A stretch of 40,793 nucleotides of DNA from positions 1 to 40,793 of the forward strand of contig JAZQTY010000203.1 of NCBI GenBank assembly GCA_045631025.1, in the 5' to 3' direction. A program made the position numbers and the translations under genes. The first letter of the stretch is position 1. Each line of letters opens with the position of its first letter. Below, piece by piece: positions 32,192 to 40,793 of the stretch. Source of the DNA: Eubacteriales bacterium (lineage in GTDB: Bacteria; Bacillota; Clostridia; Oscillospirales; CAG-272). The notes under the pieces were generated by a model, which was not told the DNA's origin, made no database searches, and was given only the letters and a program-made list of their open reading frames with translations.

Positions 32192-35100
32192 TTAATATGC
32201 GAACGTTGCGTATACGGGAATGTGGTCAGAGGGATATCTCATAACATCCTTGACTACTTCCTCGCCCGTCTCTTCATCGGTCTCGGTTACAGTACCGGGG
32301 TCGTTCATAACGTTAACTACGGTGTAGGTGAGAGCCTCGGTGTTTCTGAAGAGAATGTGGTCAAATACATATTCATCACGTCCAACGTAATTACTTGAGC
32401 TTGCTAGCGTACCGCCGGTGTCACCGGTAATGCAAGCCTCATCTCTTGCGAAGGAGAGTCCGCTCTCGGAGTAGCCGTTAAGAACCGCCTTACCATTGTT
32501 GGAGTTTATGTGAGCGTTCATATCTCCGGTAAGTATCTGCGTAGGATACTGTGCTTCCTGATCCTTCATCCATGCTGCGAGAAGTCTTGACTGATACTCA
32601 CGAAGAACGTGGTCGTCAGCGCACTTCTCGTCGGAGGAGCTTGTGCCGTCACCGTAGTGGAGGTGAGTATTAACGAAGAGAATTACCTCGCCGGTCGTAT
32701 TGTCTTTGAGAACTGCGTAGCTAAAGGTTCTTCCGATGTCCTCGCTAGAGAACCAGCCCTCTGCGTCACCCTGAGAGTCGATGGACATATCAGTTCCCTC
32801 ATAGCCCTCAATAGTGTAGGTCTTGGCAAGATTCTTGAAGGAATCCCAACCGGAAGTCACAAGAGTGAACTTCTCGGTCTTGTAGTAGATGTCGTTAAAC
32901 GCCCAGCCGTTACCAAACTTGTTGGACCACTTGTACTCTCTGTCTCCTGCAATATTTGCGTATCCTTTGTTCTCAAGAACAGCGAGATAATCGTTCCAGT
33001 CCTCGGTATCCTCCTGGAGTCCGACAACATCAGGGTTAACGTCAAGAATAATCTGAACTGCGTTTGCGGGGTTTCTTCCCTCCCAAGCGTCATCTCTCTT
33101 GTACTCAAGGTTGTAGGTGAGCACGGAAATGGTGGAGTTCTTGTTTGTTCCCTCGCCGTCAGGCTGATTGAAGAAGCTCGTGAGCGTCTTCATCTCGTCT
33201 GCATCGTAGGGGCTGTATACGGTAACGCCTGCAATGGTTATCGCGTTTACGTAATCTCCGCCCATCTCGGTCTTGGTGTCACCATATGCCTTTCTTGCTA
33301 CCTCTGCGACGGATCTGGAGTTATACTCCACGTCAAAATCAGAGTACTTGTAAATTTCGCCGTTAATTTCAATAAACGCTCTTGCAGAGAACTCGCGCGT
33401 GTAGTTAGCAGCCTTTACGTTAACGAGCGCGCAGTTAATAGTGTAGAACAGGCCGTCATCGTCTACGTGTACCGTAGTCGCATCAATCTTTACGTACTTA
33501 ACGCCCGTGATAGCATCGCATGCATCAAGCGCTTCCATAGTAAAGTCGACGCCGTTCTCGGTGAGGTAATCGGTAGGAGTGATTATCATACCGAGCTTTA
33601 CATTCTCCTCGCCGTATTCCTTCTTCAAGGAATCAAGCGTGTACTTTCTGAACTCACTCTCGAAGCGAATACCCGTGGGACTGCTGAGACGAACAGCCGC
33701 GCCCGTTTCGCTCTGAATCTCACCTGCCATAAGTCCCTTGTATATCTTCATGTCAGAAATCTCGGTCCAGGAATTTGCGTCCGAAGTACCGCTGAGCTTT
33801 CTTGTGTAAATTCTGGGGTTAAGGTTATTGCCAAGCTTTGCGCCGTCATAGGTAAGCGTTCTTACTGCGTTGAACGCGCCGTTAGCATCCGCAACGTAAA
33901 GAGTCATAGTGTTATTTTCGGGATCGACCTCAACTGCGAACGTATGCTTCTCGGACTTTTCTACGTCGGTCGAGTAGTTCCACTTATCCTCTCCCGCGTC
34001 AGACTTTCCGACCTTTTCGGTGTTCCACTTATAACAGCGGTTACAGCCAAATCCGTCGATAACGATCGAATGGTCGCCGTCGGCCATGACGCCAAGTCCG
34101 TACTTGTTGTATGCGGTGTTTCCGAATTCGAGGTCAAATATGATGGTGTACTTATACTGCTTGTCGCCGTATACGTAGGTAGTCTCTTCATCAGAACCTT
34201 CCTCCGGCTCTATCACTTCAACAACGTCTCTGAGAGGATAAGAGGTATCGATTCCACCCCAAATAGCGCGGTTATACGACTTACCGTCAATAAGGGTAAG
34301 TCTTGCCATGCTTCCGTCCTCGGAAATAACGGCATCCGCACCGTAGTTGCTATCGCTATAGAAGCCCTGACGCCAATTGAAGCGGTCAGCGAAGTTGACA
34401 GTATAAAGAAGATCGCCGTCCTTTGCGTTATCATACTCGGCAACTCTGTCTTCCTCGGTAGATACAGGCAATCCCTTGTATATCAACAAGTTAGAAAGTT
34501 TAGCCCAAGAATTGGCATTAACTGCGCCTCTTATGACAATCCTGCAGCTCAAATAATCGCCAAAGTCTACATCACCGTACGTAGCTACCTCATTGAACGA
34601 GCCGTCAAGGTCCACAATATAGAGGGACATTGTTTTTGCTTCGGGGTCAACCTCAACAGCAAAGGTCTGTGTACCGGACTTAGGACTCCACAAGCCATCA
34701 TAGTCCCACTGCTCGACGGGATAGTTTGCTCCAACCTCCGTATCCGCGGACATGTCGTTATTCCAGTCCCAGAGTCTGGAGTTTCCGTTTCCGTCGACGG
34801 TAATAGCATAGTTCCCGTCAACCTGAATACCTACCAACGTTCTACCGCCGGTTTCGTTACCGAAATCTACGTCGAACATAACGGTATATTTTCTGTAATT
34901 GCCGTTTGCGTCTGCGGTAAGAGGATATGTGTATTCTCCCCTGTATCCTGCCCACATAGCGCGCTTCGAGCTATAGTTTGCAACGGAAAGCGTTGCGGAG
35001 CTTCCGTCCTTGGAAGCAGTGATATACGCACCTCTGTTGGAGTCAGATGCAAAATTGCCTGCCCAGCCAAGAGAGTTGAAGTTGACGGTGTTAAGAAGAT

Positions 35101-36589
35101 CGCCAACCTTCGCACTATCATACTCAGCAGCTCTGTCTATTGCTTCTGCCTTAATATCGCTGACAGCGCCCTTGTATATCAGAACATCTGCAATTTCATT
35201 CCAGTAATTGCCGTCTACCGTTCCGGACGTATATCTTGTATAGATTCTGCAGTCTAATTTTTTATTGAACTTTACGCCTGTAAACGTTTCTACCTTTACG
35301 TATTCGCCTTCAGTATTCTTTACGTAAAGAGTCATCGTTCCGTTTGCAGTATCAACCTCGACTGCAAACGAATGCAAATCACCATATTTGTCGGCGGCGA
35401 ATCCGCCCGCGGTCAACCAGTTTACTGTTCCCGTGGTGGCTTTAGTGTTCCACTTATACAGATAGGTGTCACCGGATCCGGTAACAAGAATATCCGTGTC
35501 ATTATCTGTACAATCTACCATGATGCCTACTCCGGTTTTTGTATTTCCGAATCTTGCATCATACGTGATTGTGTATTTTTCGCCGCCCTCGGTGGAGAAG
35601 CTATCTGCAGCAGAAAATCCGCCCCAAATTGAGCGCTTATTATTATAGTCGGCAAGTATAGCCTTCGAATGTATCAATTGCTTCAGCGATCTTCCGTTTG
35701 CGGAAGTCATAACATAGGCATGCCAGTTGTTGTGATCTGCAAAATCGTTGCGCCAGGACATGTCGTTAAAGTCGACAACCTTAAGAAGGTCGCCGTTGCC
35801 GGCAGCTGCATATATCTCTGCGGGAGTCTTTTCGACATTGAGCGTATCTACCGTTCCGTTTACGGTAACCTCACCGATATCGATGCATCCGTCCTTACTG
35901 GGAGCTGTTACGGCAACTGCAACGTACTTTGCCGAAACTCCGTTACCCTCACCATCACGAAGATCTATCTTGTGACCAACTCTGAGGTAGCCGTCAACAG
36001 TTTTAGACGCGTATGCGGCATCGCCCTCAACAGGGAACTTCGCTCCGGGATCAGTTCCATCTCCGCACATTCCGCTGAACTCCTTCAAAAAAGTCCAGGT
36101 CTCGCCGTCAGTGCTCACAAGGATTTCATATCCATCGTTAATACCCCAGCTTGATGTGGGATCGCTCCAGGCTACTGCCTTATCTGCAGCGTATCCGTTA
36201 CCCGTAAGCCAAATAGTTACGTCGTCAAGAGTGCTCAAGCCGTTGAGCTCGAATACTGCATATCCGTAATACAGACTCATTGTTGAGCCCACCATAAGAG
36301 GCGTATAGGGGGAAGATATGGACTCGGACTCGTAGTACGGACGTTTACTTCTTCCATCCGCGGACGTATCGTAGGGATCTCCGTCGATCATTCCTGCAAC
36401 GGAGCCATACGAAGTGTGAAGGTCGTATCCGTCACTTCTCTTCGCAAAGATTTTCGCATGCGTAATGGTTGTAGCTATGGTCTCACTTTCCTCTGCCGCT
36501 ATAGGCAACATCGTAAGAGGAAGCGCCAGCGCTATCATCAGCACTGCGAGAAATAATGACAACGCTTTTTTCAGAGTTCTCTTTTTCAT
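32192..36589 (-). CDS. Giant secreted protein: 1 x discoidin-like module + 3 x jelly-roll module (type A-like) + conserved middle domain + C-terminal EEP domain
   Basis: Signal peptide MKKRTLKKALSLFLAVLMIALALPLT. Middle domain GAAVRLSSPTGIRFESEF...LGMIITPTDYL. EEP motifs LTYNLE, GLQED, NTHLH, TGDMNA, DHILF, YPSDHIPV. Confidence 0.85.
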   Translation of the reverse strand: MKKRTLKKALSLFLAVLMIALALPLTMLPIAAEESETIATTITHAKIFAKRSDGYDLHTSYGSVAGMIDGDPYDTSADGRSKRPYYESESISSPYTPLMVGSTMSLYYGYAVFELNGLSTLDDVTIWLTGNGYAADKAVAWSDPTSSWGINDGYEILVSTDGETWTFLKEFSGMCGDGTDPGAKFPVEGDAAYASKTVDGYLRVGHKIDLRDGEGNGVSAKYVAVAVTAPSKDGCIDIGEVTVNGTVDTLNVEKTPAEIYAAAGNGDLLKVVDFNDMSWRNDFADHNNWHAYVMTSANGRSLKQLIHSKAILADYNNKRSIWGGFSAADSFSTEGGEKYTITYDARFGNTKTGVGIMVDCTDNDTDILVTGSGDTYLYKWNTKATTGTVNWLTAGGFAADKYGDLHSFAVEVDTANGTMTLYVKNTEGEYVKVETFTGVKFNKKLDCRIYTRYTSGTVDGNYWNEIADVLIYKGAVSDIKAEAIDRAAEYDSAKVGDLLNTVNFNSLGWAGNFASDSNRGAYITASKDGSSATLSVANYSSKRAMWAGYRGEYTYPLTADANGNYRKYTVMFDVDFGNETGGRTLVGIQVDGNYAITVDGNGNSRLWDWNNDMSADTEVGANYPVEQWDYDGLWSPKSGTQTFAVEVDPEAKTMSLYIVDLDGSFNEVATYGDVDFGDYLSCRIVIRGAVNANSWAKLSNLLIYKGLPVSTEEDRVAEYDNAKDGDLLYTVNFADRFNWRQGFYSDSNYGADAVISEDGSMARLTLIDGKSYNRAIWGGIDTSYPLRDVVEVIEPEEGSDEETTYVYGDKQYKYTIIFDLEFGNTAYNKYGLGVMADGDHSIVIDGFGCNRCYKWNTEKVGKSDAGEDKWNYSTDVEKSEKHTFAVEVDPENNTMTLYVADANGAFNAVRTLTYDGAKLGNNLNPRIYTRKLSGTSDANSWTEISDMKIYKGLMAGEIQSETGAAVRLSSPTGIRFESEFRKYTLDSLKKEYGEENVKLGMIITPTDYLTENGVDFTMEALDACDAITGVKYVKIDATTVHVDDDGLFYTINCALVNVKAANYTREFSARAFIEINGEIYKYSDFDVEYNSRSVAEVARKAYGDTKTEMGGDYVNAITIAGVTVYSPYDADEMKTLTSFFNQPDGEGTNKNSTISVLTYNLEYKRDDAWEGRNPANAVQIILDVNPDVVGLQEDTEDWNDYLAVLENKGYANIAGDREYKWSNKFGNGWAFNDIYYKTEKFTLVTSGWDSFKNLAKTYTIEGYEGTDMSIDSQGDAEGWFSSEDIGRTFSYAVLKDNTTGEVILFVNTHLHYGDGTSSSDEKCADDHVLREYQSRLLAAWMKDQEAQYPTQILTGDMNAHINSNNGKAVLNGYSESGLSFARDEACITGDTGGTLASSSNYVGRDEYVFDHILFRNTEALTYTVVNVMNDPGTVTETDEETGEEVVKDVMRYPSDHIPVYATFAY
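33731..35818 (-). repeat. Three tandem ~220-240-aa modules (GDLLxxV(D/N)F ... FAVEVD...MTLY(V/I) ... (L/K)IYKG)
   Basis: Counted from the translation: approximately aa 258-474, 488-705 and 715-953. Confidence 0.7.
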
Positions 36590-36857
36590 AACTTTTCTCC
36601 TGTAGTTTTTTTATCTTAATAGCTTACTTTTTGCTATTTAAGTCAAGGTAAGAAGCAGGGCGAAGCTCCCAAATACTTACTTGTATACACACATTTTTTC
36701 AGTCCAAGGGCTTCGACGCCATTTTCACAATAACATTTTACCACAAATCTCGTTTCCTTTCAATAAACTAAAGTTAAATATAAGCAACAAAAAGTTATAT
36801 TCGATATAGAATTTGTTTCCTTCTATTTGTTTATTTTCACCATTTTGCACTATGCTA

Positions 36858-36886
36858 TTGACAAATAGCAGATGGGGTTGTATAAT
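36858..36886 (+). promoter_or_regulatory. Consensus sigma-A promoter for AraC 36953..37906
   Basis: CTATTGACAAA, a 17-nt spacer, then TATAAT. Confidence 0.55.
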
Positions 36887-36952
36887 TAACTGTGACATTA
36901 TAGTACAAATTACCAAAAAATCACATTTTCAAAAAAGCGGAGACGATGCAAA

Positions 36953-37906
36953 ATGAAGTTTACTCATTGCGATTATAAGTATAAAAGCTCATCGGTAATC
37001 CCATCTACGGGCTCTATACAGTCCCGAAAAATGCAAGTTGCAAGCAGCCGCGCCGACTTAAAGCGCGATACCGAATACTACGCGTCCTGGATATGCATTT
37101 ACGCAACGGACAAGGATATAACCGAGTTTACCCTCGGAATTGACTATTCTTATCCCTCTCAAACGATAAGGGACAGATGCGAGGGTAGACTTTTTCTTAA
37201 TTTTATAGTAAAGGGCAAAGGAACGATTAACGGCGAGCCATTCTCCGCAGGTCAATTCTTTTATACCCGCCCCCTTCAAATGCATACTATACAGTCCGAT
37301 CCCGACGATCCTTACGTCTCCGTTTGGATATATGTTCAGGGTGAGTACGCCAATTACATAGAAAATGAATTGGTCAAAAAAAGCAGCAGCGGCATCATGA
37401 CCCTGAACAATTATGCCGACGTATTGGAGCTTACTAAAACCTTTCTTTTCACCGTCAACCTCGCAGAAACCTCAACCTCTTATCTCAAGCACCTCATAGG
37501 TATTTATCTCTCGTATATATCTCCAAGCAACGACCTGAATTATCCCGAGATATTCGCCACCCAAAAAATAACACGACTCGTTTACGTCGCAAAAACCTAT
37601 ATCAGCAAAAACCTCAAGACCGTTACCGTCGCTGATCTCGCGGCTAATCAGCGCTATAACGTAAAATATTTTTCGAGGCTCTTCGCCTCTGCCACGGGCA
37701 TGAAGCCCGCCGAGTATATCACCGATTGCCGAATAGAGTGGGCTAAAAACTCGCTTGAGCACTCCGATCTCTCCGTCTCGGAAATATCCGAGGCGATCGG
37801 CTACGAGCACAGAAACGGATTTGCTACCGCATTTAAAAAGAAGTACGGCTGCTCCCCATCCGAGTACAGAAAGAAAATGAGAGCCCTTAACAAGGAAACC
37901 GAATAA
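36953..37906 (+). CDS. AraC/XylS-family transcriptional regulator
   Basis: C-terminal HTH (...CRIEWAKNSLEHSDLSVSEISEAIGYEHRNGFATAFKKKYGCSPSEYRKK). Third member of the paralog group, divergent from the giant gene at 36589. Confidence 0.85.
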   Translation: MKFTHCDYKYKSSSVIPSTGSIQSRKMQVASSRADLKRDTEYYASWICIYATDKDITEFTLGIDYSYPSQTIRDRCEGRLFLNFIVKGKGTINGEPFSAGQFFYTRPLQMHTIQSDPDDPYVSVWIYVQGEYANYIENELVKKSSSGIMTLNNYADVLELTKTFLFTVNLAETSTSYLKHLIGIYLSYISPSNDLNYPEIFATQKITRLVYVAKTYISKNLKTVTVADLAANQRYNVKYFSRLFASATGMKPAEYITDCRIEWAKNSLEHSDLSVSEISEAIGYEHRNGFATAFKKKYGCSPSEYRKKMRALNKETE

Positions 37907-38020
37907 TTCCCTCTCAAAAAACGCGACGTTAGTTTTTTAAAAGCACTTGAAAAAGCACGTGCTTTGTGGTATGATATTGTTATAATATCGTTATTATATT
38001 CTCTCGAAAGGAGCTAAAAA

Positions 38021-38830
38021 ATGAGTAACCAACCTACAAACGCAAAAATTGATTCCTTGAAGATAATGTCCTACAACGTCTTGCTCGACTTTTACAAGGA
38101 GGGGCGCGATCCAAGCTTTATCGTAGAGCTCCCCGCTAGCGTAAGAGAGCATGCGCCCGATATCCTCGGCACGCAGGAGACTATTACCGATATGCACGAC
38201 CAATGCTTGGGGCTCTTGGAGGAATACACCTGCTTTAAGGGCGAGGCGTACACGGAAAATAACATGCGAGGCAATTATATTTACTGGCGTGCAGACAAGT
38301 TTAAGGCGCTTGAAGCGGGACACCGCTACATGAGCGACACGCCGACGGTACGCTCAAAGTATGAAAAGTCAAGAGAGTACCGAGGCTTTAACTACCTTTA
38401 CTTGGAAAGCTGTGAAACGGGTAACCGTTTTCTGTTCCTCAACCTTCACGCAGACTACCGCGCTGACGAGGACACCCGAGTTCTTCAGCTTAAGACCGTA
38501 AACGCCTTTTTGAATGAAGAAAGATGGCAGGGGCTCCCGGCAATTATCGTGGGAGATTTCAACTCTACCGCGCATCAGGCAAGTATTTCCACCTTCCTAT
38601 CTGACAATTCTCGCCTTGCCATGACATCGGAGGTCGCAGAGGTAGTCGGAGACACCGGCGCTACCCTCGTAAGCGGCTTTGCCAACAAGCTTCCCTACGT
38701 GTTCGATTATATTTTCGTTACCAAGGATAAGATCAACACAAAGTATTATTCCGATATCGACAATATAAAGAACGGAAAATACCCCTCTGATCATCTCCCG
38801 GTGGTTGCTGAAATAGAATTATTTAACTGA
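38021..38830 (+). CDS. Leaderless (cytoplasmic) stand-alone EEP-domain protein
   Basis: No signal peptide. Motifs MSYNVL, GTQET, NLHAD, VGDFNS, DYIFV, YPSDHLPV. Closest by eye to the EEP domains of the two lipoproteins. Confidence 0.8.
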   Translation: MSNQPTNAKIDSLKIMSYNVLLDFYKEGRDPSFIVELPASVREHAPDILGTQETITDMHDQCLGLLEEYTCFKGEAYTENNMRGNYIYWRADKFKALEAGHRYMSDTPTVRSKYEKSREYRGFNYLYLESCETGNRFLFLNLHADYRADEDTRVLQLKTVNAFLNEERWQGLPAIIVGDFNSTAHQASISTFLSDNSRLAMTSEVAEVVGDTGATLVSGFANKLPYVFDYIFVTKDKINTKYYSDIDNIKNGKYPSDHLPVVAEIELFN

Positions 38831-38844
38831 TCAAATGATAAAAC

Positions 38845-38886
38845 AAAAATCCATCGGGGCGCTATGCGCCCGATGGATTTTTTTTA
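38845..38886. terminator. Bidirectional rho-independent terminator
   Basis: aaaaatccatcggggcgc tat gcgcccgatggattttttttt, between convergent genes. Confidence 0.7.
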
Positions 38887-38915
38887 TTGGATTTTGGAAA
38901 TAATACCGCAGGTTA

Positions 38916-39395
38916 TTACCTTTGTGTCTTGCGAGAATTGTTTTTCAATCCGGAAATGAACTTCATTACGACGGAAACCACCACCGTCCCGCAAACTATT
39001 CCCAACGCTATATAGCAAGTACTCTTAAATGAAGCCGCGAAATTCCCATAATCTCGCAACAACAAATATCGCACGCTGTAATATAGGGCGCTTCCCGGAA
39101 CGATAGGCACGACACCGGGGAGAGTAAATATTACGGTCGGCGTTTTTAACGCTCTTGCCAATATTTCCGCCATCACGGCTACGAACGTCGTGGCGACCGT
39201 TGCCGCCCAAAATTCCGACAAATTAAAAAATATGGCTACCATATATATGGCGTAATTAAAAAGTCCGCAAATGGATATGTATACCAAGTATTTCCCCTTG
39301 AGCTTAAAAATTATTGCAAAGCCAAGAGTTCCGAAAAATGCAGCTATCAGCGCAGGCAACAAGTCAAGAAGATATAACGCAAGCTCCTTCATCAT
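38916..39395 (-). CDS. Threonine/serine exporter family, small subunit (ThrE_2 / YjjB-like)
   Basis: 159-aa polytopic membrane protein. Its start overlaps the stop of the upstream ThrE-like gene by 4 nt (ATGA), the usual two-gene arrangement. Confidence 0.7.
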   Translation of the reverse strand: MMKELALYLLDLLPALIAAFFGTLGFAIIFKLKGKYLVYISICGLFNYAIYMVAIFFNLSEFWAATVATTFVAVMAEILARALKTPTVIFTLPGVVPIVPGSALYYSVRYLLLRDYGNFAASFKSTCYIALGIVCGTVVVSVVMKFISGLKNNSRKTQR

Positions 39396-40186
39396 AGCAG
39401 TACCCCCGCAGTAAATATTGCAAGTCCAAAGGCAACGGCTATAAGAACTGCTTTAATAAGCGATTGCACTAATCTTGATACACCCGCTAAAATATCACCG
39501 TATACGAGATCCGACAACGAGTTACCAAATGCGATTCCCGGTATCAGCAGCATTATCGTTCCAATCATTATTATATTTTGATCGTGTCCGATGCCAAAAT
39601 TAACGCAAACACAAGCTAATAATCCGCATATAAAGGACGTTATAACGCATTTGACCGTAGAATCTATATTCTTTATCGGCAGATTATCAATAAAAGTAAC
39701 CAATACGCCCATAAACGCAGCTACCAGCGCATCTAAAAAGCTTCCGCCAAACAATATAGCAAAGCTCCCTGCTACAAGCACTCCGCCAAGGTATTGCCAT
39801 ATCCAATGACACTGCGTTTGTTGCTTGACGTTTAATATCATTTTCTCAAACTCGTCGAGCGACGGCAGATTTTTACAAACGGTTCTTGAAATATCGTTTA
39901 ATTTTTCTACTCTCATCAGATTGTTCGACGAATTATACACGCGTCGCATTTGCAAAGACATATCCCCGTTGGATAGTCTTACGGACGCAACTATGAGCGA
40001 GGTTATTGCGAAAACCTCAACGTGAGCTACTCCGTAAGCCAAGCAAATTTTGCGAATACACTCCTCAACTCTGTGTATTTCCGCGCCACTCTTCAGCATT
40101 CCTTCTCCCATATCCAACGAGAGGCGCAAAAGCCTGTCTGAATCTATGTGCTTTAATTCATCAGCTGCTTCCATGGTATTATTCAT
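39392..40186 (-). CDS. Threonine/serine exporter family, large subunit (ThrE / YjjP-like)
   Basis: N-terminal soluble region LRLSLDMGEGMLKSGAEIHRVEECIRKICLAYG, followed by TM helices. Confidence 0.7.
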   Translation of the reverse strand: MNNTMEAADELKHIDSDRLLRLSLDMGEGMLKSGAEIHRVEECIRKICLAYGVAHVEVFAITSLIVASVRLSNGDMSLQMRRVYNSSNNLMRVEKLNDISRTVCKNLPSLDEFEKMILNVKQQTQCHWIWQYLGGVLVAGSFAILFGGSFLDALVAAFMGVLVTFIDNLPIKNIDSTVKCVITSFICGLLACVCVNFGIGHDQNIIMIGTIMLLIPGIAFGNSLSDLVYGDILAGVSRLVQSLIKAVLIAVAFGLAIFTAGVLL

Positions 40187-40349
40187 AGCTATTCGCTCCC
40201 CAAACTTTTAGAAATCCCTTGAATTTCTTTCTTGAAAAATGTTTTTTCTGTTAAAAAGCCACATTAGACATTGACGAAAAAATCTTCACCAATGTCTAAT
40301 GCTACGTTGATATCAAATCATGTTCAGTGATACGATATCTATATTTAAT

Positions 40350-40793
40350 TTATCTCATCTGCTGGAGATCGTAGTGGATATCGTAAGCCTTTTCCTCATC
40401 GGTGAACTTATGACGGGTATCGATAACGTTGCCGTCGTTGACCTTTCTGTCCTCAACTGCCTCGGTGGTTCCCATAACCGTTACGTTTACCTGTCTGCGG
40501 CGAGCGATAACGTGGTCCCAGTCGATGAAGTAGATGTGAGCGAAAAGACCAAGGTCGAGCTTGCCGTCCTTGATGGTAAGAGTCTCGCTTCTGCCGAAGA
40601 AGCAGGAACGAAGGTGACCGTCGGTGTTCATGCTGGAGTAGTCTCCGGGCTCATCAACGTATCTGCCGTACTGAGCGTGAACAGGACCGGGGTGACGGTA
40701 CTGATGCTCCTCAGCAAAGTCGGGGATCATCTTTCTCATAATGTCGAGAAGGTCGTGCTGAAGGTACTCAAGGTCGAAGGAGTCGATATCGTG
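40350..40793 (-). CDS. YjbQ/UPF0047-family protein (secondary thiamine-phosphate synthase-like); 5' end probably outside the window
   Basis: NTDGHLRSCFFGRSETLTIKDGKLDLGLFAHIYFIDWDH...RRRQVNVTVMG fits the YjbQ pattern. The frame stays open upstream of Met-40739 to the window edge (HDIDSFDLEYLQHDLLDIM...). Confidence 0.6.
   Translation of the reverse strand, partial: HDIDSFDLEYLQHDLLDIMRKMIPDFAEEHQYRHPGPVHAQYGRYVDEPGDYSSMNTDGHLRSCFFGRSETLTIKDGKLDLGLFAHIYFIDWDHVIARRRQVNVTVMGTTEAVEDRKVNDGNVIDTRHKFTDEEKAYDIHYDLQQMR

Noticed and set aside
32609-35257. An 882-aa ORF on the plus strand antisense to the 1465-aa gene. Similar long antisense ORFs occur at 15102..16307, 16482..17948, 26183..27436, 29284..30201, 13986..14519 and 30800..31351.
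   Set aside because: All of them are in the frame exactly opposite the sense codons (I checked start coordinates modulo 3). Their stop codons would therefore correspond to sense TTA, CTA or TCA codons, which these genes avoid almost completely. The translations are low-complexity, Val/Ile/Cys/Arg-rich nonsense with no RBS. They are shadow ORFs caused by codon bias, not genes.

Overview
This 40.8-kb window looks like an accessory chromosomal region of a mid/low-GC Gram-positive anaerobe. It has GGAGG-type RBSs, lipoprotein lipoboxes and sigma-A TTGACA-N17-TATAAT promoters; a Clostridia-like origin is only a guess. I found no rRNA, tRNA, CRISPR array, transposase or integrase.

Most of the window is three paralogous, AraC-flanked surface-enzyme cassettes. 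Each is built around a giant secreted protein (968, 1340 and 1465 aa) with the same layout:
- a nearly invariant signal peptide;
- shuffled jelly-roll or discoidin-like repeat modules;
- a conserved middle domain;
- a C-terminal endonuclease/exonuclease/phosphatase (EEP) domain.

Each giant gene is followed 13-16 nt later by a conserved 42-47 aa micro-ORF that is absent from the supplied ORF track. Each cassette also has a secreted module protein ending in a conserved KGGCGS + TM helix + basic tail, which looks like a sorting signal. Other recurring parts are GH39-like hydrolases (2), SBP-like lipoproteins without ABC partners (2), EEP lipoproteins (2), a leaderless EEP paralog, a beta-helix protein, a PHP phosphoesterase and an MFS transporter.

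A 3.1-kb AT-rich islet sits between AraC and MFS, bounded by 42-bp direct repeats of a terminator hairpin. It carries a tight three-gene operon (PD-(D/E)xK nuclease-like protein, an unknown protein, and an unknown domain fused to an XRE-like HTH). This is a candidate defence or accessory system.

Other oddities:
- an intergenic block of opposed GTGAAAT/ATTTCAC heptamer arrays, each heptamer paired with a mini-hairpin;
- a Fic/Doc protein with a degenerate active-site motif;
- heavy intragenic duplication and gene conversion.

All family calls rest on motif recognition by eye. No database search was run.
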